Assembly: GCA_965219535.1 (NCBI GenBank)
Contig: CBDCNV010000001.1
Location: 810,001 to 842,000 of the forward strand
Direction: 5' to 3'
From: Opitutales bacterium
GTDB taxonomy: Bacteria > Verrucomicrobiota > Verrucomicrobiia > Opitutales > PNEW01
Length of the DNA stretch: 32,000 nucleotides
Part shown: one piece after another, positions 28,479 to 32,000 of the stretch
How positions within the stretch are numbered: the stretch's first letter is position 1
How the letters are laid out: each line of letters begins with the position of its first letter
Made by a program: the position numbers and the translations under genes
The notes under the pieces: model-generated
Seen by the model: the letters and a program-made list of their open reading frames with translations, nothing else
What the model was told of the DNA's origin: nothing
Databases searched by the model: none

Positions 28479-29252
28479 TTATTTAGTCTTCGGTCGCTTT
28501 TCCCCATAGAGTGTGTAAGCATTACCAAGAGTCCCACCGTCGACGACGAGGGTGTGACCGTTGACATAACTCGCTTCGTCCGAAGCCAGATAAAGAGCAG
28601 CGGAGGCAATCTCATCGGGTAATCCATATCGGTTTTGCAGGCTCATTGCTATTTCCCCCGGTGGAGCCTCATCAGGAAGGTCGACATCGATTGGGCCGGG
28701 GGCGATAGCATTCACTCGAATCTGGTAAGGTGCCAGATCGGTAGCCATACTCCTGGTAAGGGTAATTAATGCCCCCTTAGCCGCGCTATAGGCAGTGCTG
28801 AGTGTTTGCGGGATGAAACTGTTGACCGATGCCATATGAATGATGTTGCCCTTGCCCGCTTTAGCCATCACCCGCGCGGCAAGCTGAGAACACATGAATA
28901 CACCGGTTTGATTTGTGGCGATGACGCTATCCCATCTCTCCTGCGTTACTTCAAGGAAATGTCCGTCCGCGCCTTTTATTCCGGCATTGTTGACAAGAAT
29001 ATCGATCGTTTTGAATTGCTTAACCGTCTCGTCTATTAAATTCTCTACCGCCTTCCGCTGCGATACATCGATTGGAATTAATAGAGCGGTCCCACCTGCA
29101 GCTTTAACTTCATCGCAGGTGCGCTCACCACTCTCCGGATTAATTTCGGCAATTACAACCTTGGCGCCCTCCCGGGCAAATCTTTTTACGATCGCGCGAC
29201 CGATGCCCAACCCTCCACCCGTAACGATGGCAACCTTATCTTTTAATTGCAT
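28479..29252 (-). CDS. Short-chain dehydrogenase/reductase (SDR, FabG-like)
   Basis: The ORF has the cofactor motif TGGGLGIGRAI, NNAG and the catalytic YSAAK. Confidence 0.9.
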   Translation of the reverse strand: MQLKDKVAIVTGGGLGIGRAIVKRFAREGAKVVIAEINPESGERTCDEVKAAGGTALLIPIDVSQRKAVENLIDETVKQFKTIDILVNNAGIKGADGHFLEVTQERWDSVIATNQTGVFMCSQLAARVMAKAGKGNIIHMASVNSFIPQTLSTAYSAAKGALITLTRSMATDLAPYQIRVNAIAPGPIDVDLPDEAPPGEIAMSLQNRYGLPDEIASAALYLASDEASYVNGHTLVVDGGTLGNAYTLYGEKRPKTK

Positions 29253-29448
29253 TATATATGTTGGTTTATGGTGGAAGCTCTTACCGATCTATTCTTATTT
29301 CAAATAGAATTGAGTTGGGTGAAATATCATCTTTTTAACGGTCAATGCAATCTAATTGGCCAATGGTTACTTGAATATATTTAAAGCGTTGTTATACCTT
29401 ACTCTATCAAGTAACGCATACAGTGATAAATCCTTAATTAAACATCCT

Positions 29449-29829
29449 ATGAATAACTTTTCACTTTCACAAATAGGGCAGATAGCGATTCCGGTTGGCG
29501 ATCTCGAACGGGCGGTTGAATTTTATCGAGATAAATTAGGAATGAAACACATCTTTACGGTACCCAATCAATTTACATTTTTTGACTGCGGTGGCGTAAG
29601 GTTACTCCTCGGTCTGCCAGAGAAGGGTGAGACTAACCGTAAAACATCGCTAATTTATTACACCGTAAATGACATTCAAGATGCCTATGAGATTTTGAAG
29701 AAGCGCGAGGTTCATTTTGACGATGAACCCCATCTCATTGCGAAGATGGAAGATCACGAATTGTGGATGGCATTTTTCAGAGACTGCGATAACAATCAAT
29801 TTGGAATCATGGCTGAGGTTAAGATTTAA
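29449..29829 (+). CDS. VOC (glyoxalase/bleomycin-resistance/dioxygenase) family protein
   Basis: IGQIAIPVGDLERAVEFYRDKLGM is a typical VOC N-terminus. I prefer the ATG at 29449 to the TTG-extended track ORF starting at 29356, because its extra 31 residues are not protein-like. Confidence 0.8.
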   Translation: MNNFSLSQIGQIAIPVGDLERAVEFYRDKLGMKHIFTVPNQFTFFDCGGVRLLLGLPEKGETNRKTSLIYYTVNDIQDAYEILKKREVHFDDEPHLIAKMEDHELWMAFFRDCDNNQFGIMAEVKI

Positions 29830-29872
29830 TACGCAATGACACGTATTATTGCATCTTCAGTCATCCATCCAG

Positions 29873-30595
29873 TTAGTCCTTCCTACTGGCCTCTGAATAT
29901 ACAAAATAGAGATTAGTTCTCGGACCGGGGGTACTTTTTTTATCGCCCATGTGAAGCACACACTCGCTGAATAAAACAACGTCACCGGCTTCACCCACCG
30001 CGCGCACCGAACCGGGCAATTCTATGCCCGGATACGATTTAAAATTTAATTTTAAATTGGCTTTATGTGAACCGGGAACGAGAAGGAGGCACCCATCGTC
30101 CGGACCATTTTTAGAAAGGAACCAGCCGGTATTGACGGAGAGGCTGCGAATTTTGCCGTCATTGAAACTAAAATCACTTGGTTCGTGCCCTGCGTGCCAA
30201 CTGCTGAAGTGCGGACCTTGTCAGTTAGCGATACCCCAGGAACCACGGTACTTCGGTTCTTTCATAAATTCCTGCAAGTAGGGTAGAATGCGCGGGTGAT
30301 TGACCAAGGTCCCAAAGAGCGGATCCAGCTCATCGAGGCTGTTTAGTCGCACATAATGATCATCAATATGAATGACCGAAGATTTCCCAACGTCATTGGG
30401 ATGCATCGTTTTCTTTTCTAAATAGGTAGTATTTGTGCCCCTGGCATTGATTTCATTAAATTTTTCAAGCAGTGCGTTAACCTCCTCAGCATTTAATACA
30501 CCGCGAAGGATTAAAAAACCCTGGGTATCGAAATGAAAGCGATCTTCGTCAGAAATCTTTACCTGCTCTGCTTTGGATGCGGAATCTGTACTCAT
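29873..30595 (-). pseudogene. Phytanoyl-CoA dioxygenase (PhyH) family gene interrupted by one in-frame TGA (30221-30223)
   Basis: The track ORF 30221-30595 ends ...PKYRGSWGIAN*. My own translation of the same frame beyond the stop gives 115 further codons: QGPHFSSWHAGHEPSDFSFNDGKIRSLSVNTGWFLSKNGPDDGCLLLVPGSHKANL...GEAGDVVLFSECVLHMGD...*, ending at the TAA at 29873-29875. This is the catalytic half of the PhyH jelly-roll. Confidence 0.8.
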
Positions 30596-30700
30596 GTTGG
30601 GTAAAATACGGTTTAATATTATACGGTCAAATTCAATAAATTACTTTTGTGATAAGTGCTTAGAGATAATGCATTTTTTTGATAATAGCCATATTGTGGT

Positions 30701-31573
30701 TTGACGAAACGAGCAGATTTTATAACTTCAACCATGCAAAATCAATCAGTTATAGAAAAACGCGATCTGTCCTTTAAGCCGGTGATTAATGACAACCCTA
30801 AGCGTCTTACGGTTGAACAGATAAACTTCTATAATGAGAATGGTTATCTTAAACCCTTTCGCATTTTCTCTGACGAGGAGAACATAAAAAATCGAAACTA
30901 CTTTGATCATTTGATTCAGCTTCTAAAAGAGCAGAATGATGGTCGTGATGCCTATGCGATAAATTGTTACCAGGCACGTTGCGAAGGAATCTGGGATATT
31001 GCAAAAGACTCCAGGATTCTCGATTACGTGGAAGATCTGATCGGTCCCAATATTATTGCCTGGGCCTCTCACTATTTTTGTAAAAGTGCACATGATGAAA
31101 AAATTGTCCCCTGGCATCAGGATGCATCCTATTGGCCTATAAGCCCGGCGCGCACAGTTACCGTTTGGATTGCGATTGACGATGCAGATGAAGATAACGC
31201 GGCGATGCAATTTATACCCGGCACGCATAAACTGGGGCATCTCGAATGGAAAAAAGCGGATAAGTCAGCAGTCTTGCATCAGGAGATACCAGAAACTACT
31301 CAATATGGTAAGCCGGTATTCGTTAATTTAAAAGCGGGTGAATTTTCATTTCACGCGGACATGATGGTGCATGGTTCAACGCCAAACACTTCAAATCGCA
31401 GACGGTGTGGACTTACTATTCGCTATTGTCCACCTGAAGTGAAATCTACAGATAGTAACTGGGTAGCTGATGCGATCATTTGTCGAGGGAAAGACCCTTA
31501 TAATCATTGGGTAGACAATCCCCGACCCCAGGGTGATGATTTGTCACCTCGATCTTATTTACAAAACAAATAA
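30701..31573 (+). CDS. Phytanoyl-CoA dioxygenase (PhyH) family Fe(II)/2-oxoglutarate oxygenase
   Basis: LTVEQINFYNENGYL is followed by the facial-triad context VPWHQDASYW and FHADMMVHGSTPN, then RRRCGLTIRY. The start is either TTG at 30701 or the in-frame ATG at 30734. Confidence 0.85.
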   Translation: MTKRADFITSTMQNQSVIEKRDLSFKPVINDNPKRLTVEQINFYNENGYLKPFRIFSDEENIKNRNYFDHLIQLLKEQNDGRDAYAINCYQARCEGIWDIAKDSRILDYVEDLIGPNIIAWASHYFCKSAHDEKIVPWHQDASYWPISPARTVTVWIAIDDADEDNAAMQFIPGTHKLGHLEWKKADKSAVLHQEIPETTQYGKPVFVNLKAGEFSFHADMMVHGSTPNTSNRRRCGLTIRYCPPEVKSTDSNWVADAIICRGKDPYNHWVDNPRPQGDDLSPRSYLQNK

Positions 31574-31631
31574 ACGACGCTCCCACGCTTTTACACTGCG
31601 TAATTAGAAGGCTCAATTTCAGGCAGATTCG

Positions 31632-32000
31632 ATGAAGATTATCGACCTGAAGATTTTTCCTGTTCTACATTTTGTCTATGTAAAGATTATAACCGACAGT
31701 GGTCACTATGGTATTGGTGAAGCCTCTCTCAGACCCAGGAATATGGCTGTTGTTGAGGCGCTCAATCATATCAAACCGCTGATAATCGGTCAGGATCCTA
31801 CCCGGATAGAATTCATCTGGCCGGACATTTTCCGGGGAACGTTCTGGCGTGGCGGACCTGTTTTACAATCTGCCCTCGCGGGGATCGATATCGCCCTCTG
31901 GGACTTGAACGGGAAAGCTCTCGGGGTACCTGTCTACAGATTGCTGGGCGGTGCGGCCAGGGAAAGAGTCTTGGTTTACACGCATTTTGACGGGGACACA
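31632..32000 (+). CDS. Enolase-superfamily dehydratase (mandelate racemase/muconate lactonizing family, galactonate/mannonate dehydratase-like), 5' partial
   Basis: This ORF is absent from the track because it runs off the window. The ATG at 31632 gives MKIIDLKIFPV...GIGEASL...IIGQDPTRIEFIW...AGIDIALWDLNGKALGVPVYRLLGG, the capping-domain pattern of this family. Confidence 0.85.
   Translation, partial: MKIIDLKIFPVLHFVYVKIITDSGHYGIGEASLRPRNMAVVEALNHIKPLIIGQDPTRIEFIWPDIFRGTFWRGGPVLQSALAGIDIALWDLNGKALGVPVYRLLGGAARERVLVYTHFDGDT

Noticed and set aside
30221-30223. I considered genome-wide reassignment of TGA (code 4/25-like) as the explanation for the in-frame TGA in PhyH.
   Set aside because: TGA ends several well-conserved genes at their expected C-termini. 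These include genes ending at 2817, 3449, 10586, 13514, 21427, 25371 and 28394.
1-32000. I searched the whole window for CRISPR arrays, long direct or inverted repeats, IS ends, integrase or transposase genes, toxin-antitoxin pairs and reverse transcriptases.
   Set aside because: None were seen. The only repeats found are intragenic: the PAS duplication, the tandem domains in the secreted protein and the TPR units. This was a manual scan, so short or diverged repeats could have been missed. A self dot-plot would be decisive.

Overview
This is a densely coding, chromosomal-looking window with about 27 genes on both strands. Reading by eye, I found no rRNA or tRNA genes, CRISPR arrays, integrases, transposases or phage/plasmid hallmark genes.

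Gene content in order:
- a sodium:solute symporter
- an AIR-synthase-related protein next to a DUF309 protein
- a gamma-glutamyltransferase with no signal peptide
- a 1485-aa Lhr-type helicase
- an orphan CheY-like receiver
- a Tat-signal sulfatase
- an ECF sigma / putative anti-sigma module, flanked by a membrane protein, an ICMT-type membrane methyltransferase and a GNAT
- a second sodium:solute symporter
- a cytoplasmic multi-PAS hybrid histidine kinase
- a visibly AT-richer block of poorly characterised genes: a macro-like protein, a class I methyltransferase, a SYLF protein, a 642-aa secreted protein with internal tandem domains, and a TPR protein
- DUF899 and MsrB
- a secreted metallophosphoesterase
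- an SDR and a VOC protein
- two divergent PhyH-family dioxygenases
- the 5' part of an enolase-superfamily dehydratase

The Tat-sulfatase, PhyH paralogues and enolase dehydratase suggest a marine polysaccharide-degrading heterotroph, possibly PVC-like. That is inference only.

The most notable sequence-level observation is that three otherwise well-conserved genes are interrupted:
- The hybrid kinase is split at a G8 homopolymer.
- The metallophosphoesterase is split exactly at a CCCTTTT heptamer, which has the X_XXY_YYZ form of a -1 slippery site.
- One PhyH gene carries a single in-frame TGA.

I did not find a convincing signature of a defined, novel multi-gene system. The best leads are the interrupted genes and the uncharacterised AT-rich block at about 20.0-25.4 kb. 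All family assignments come from motif recognition by eye, not from database searches.
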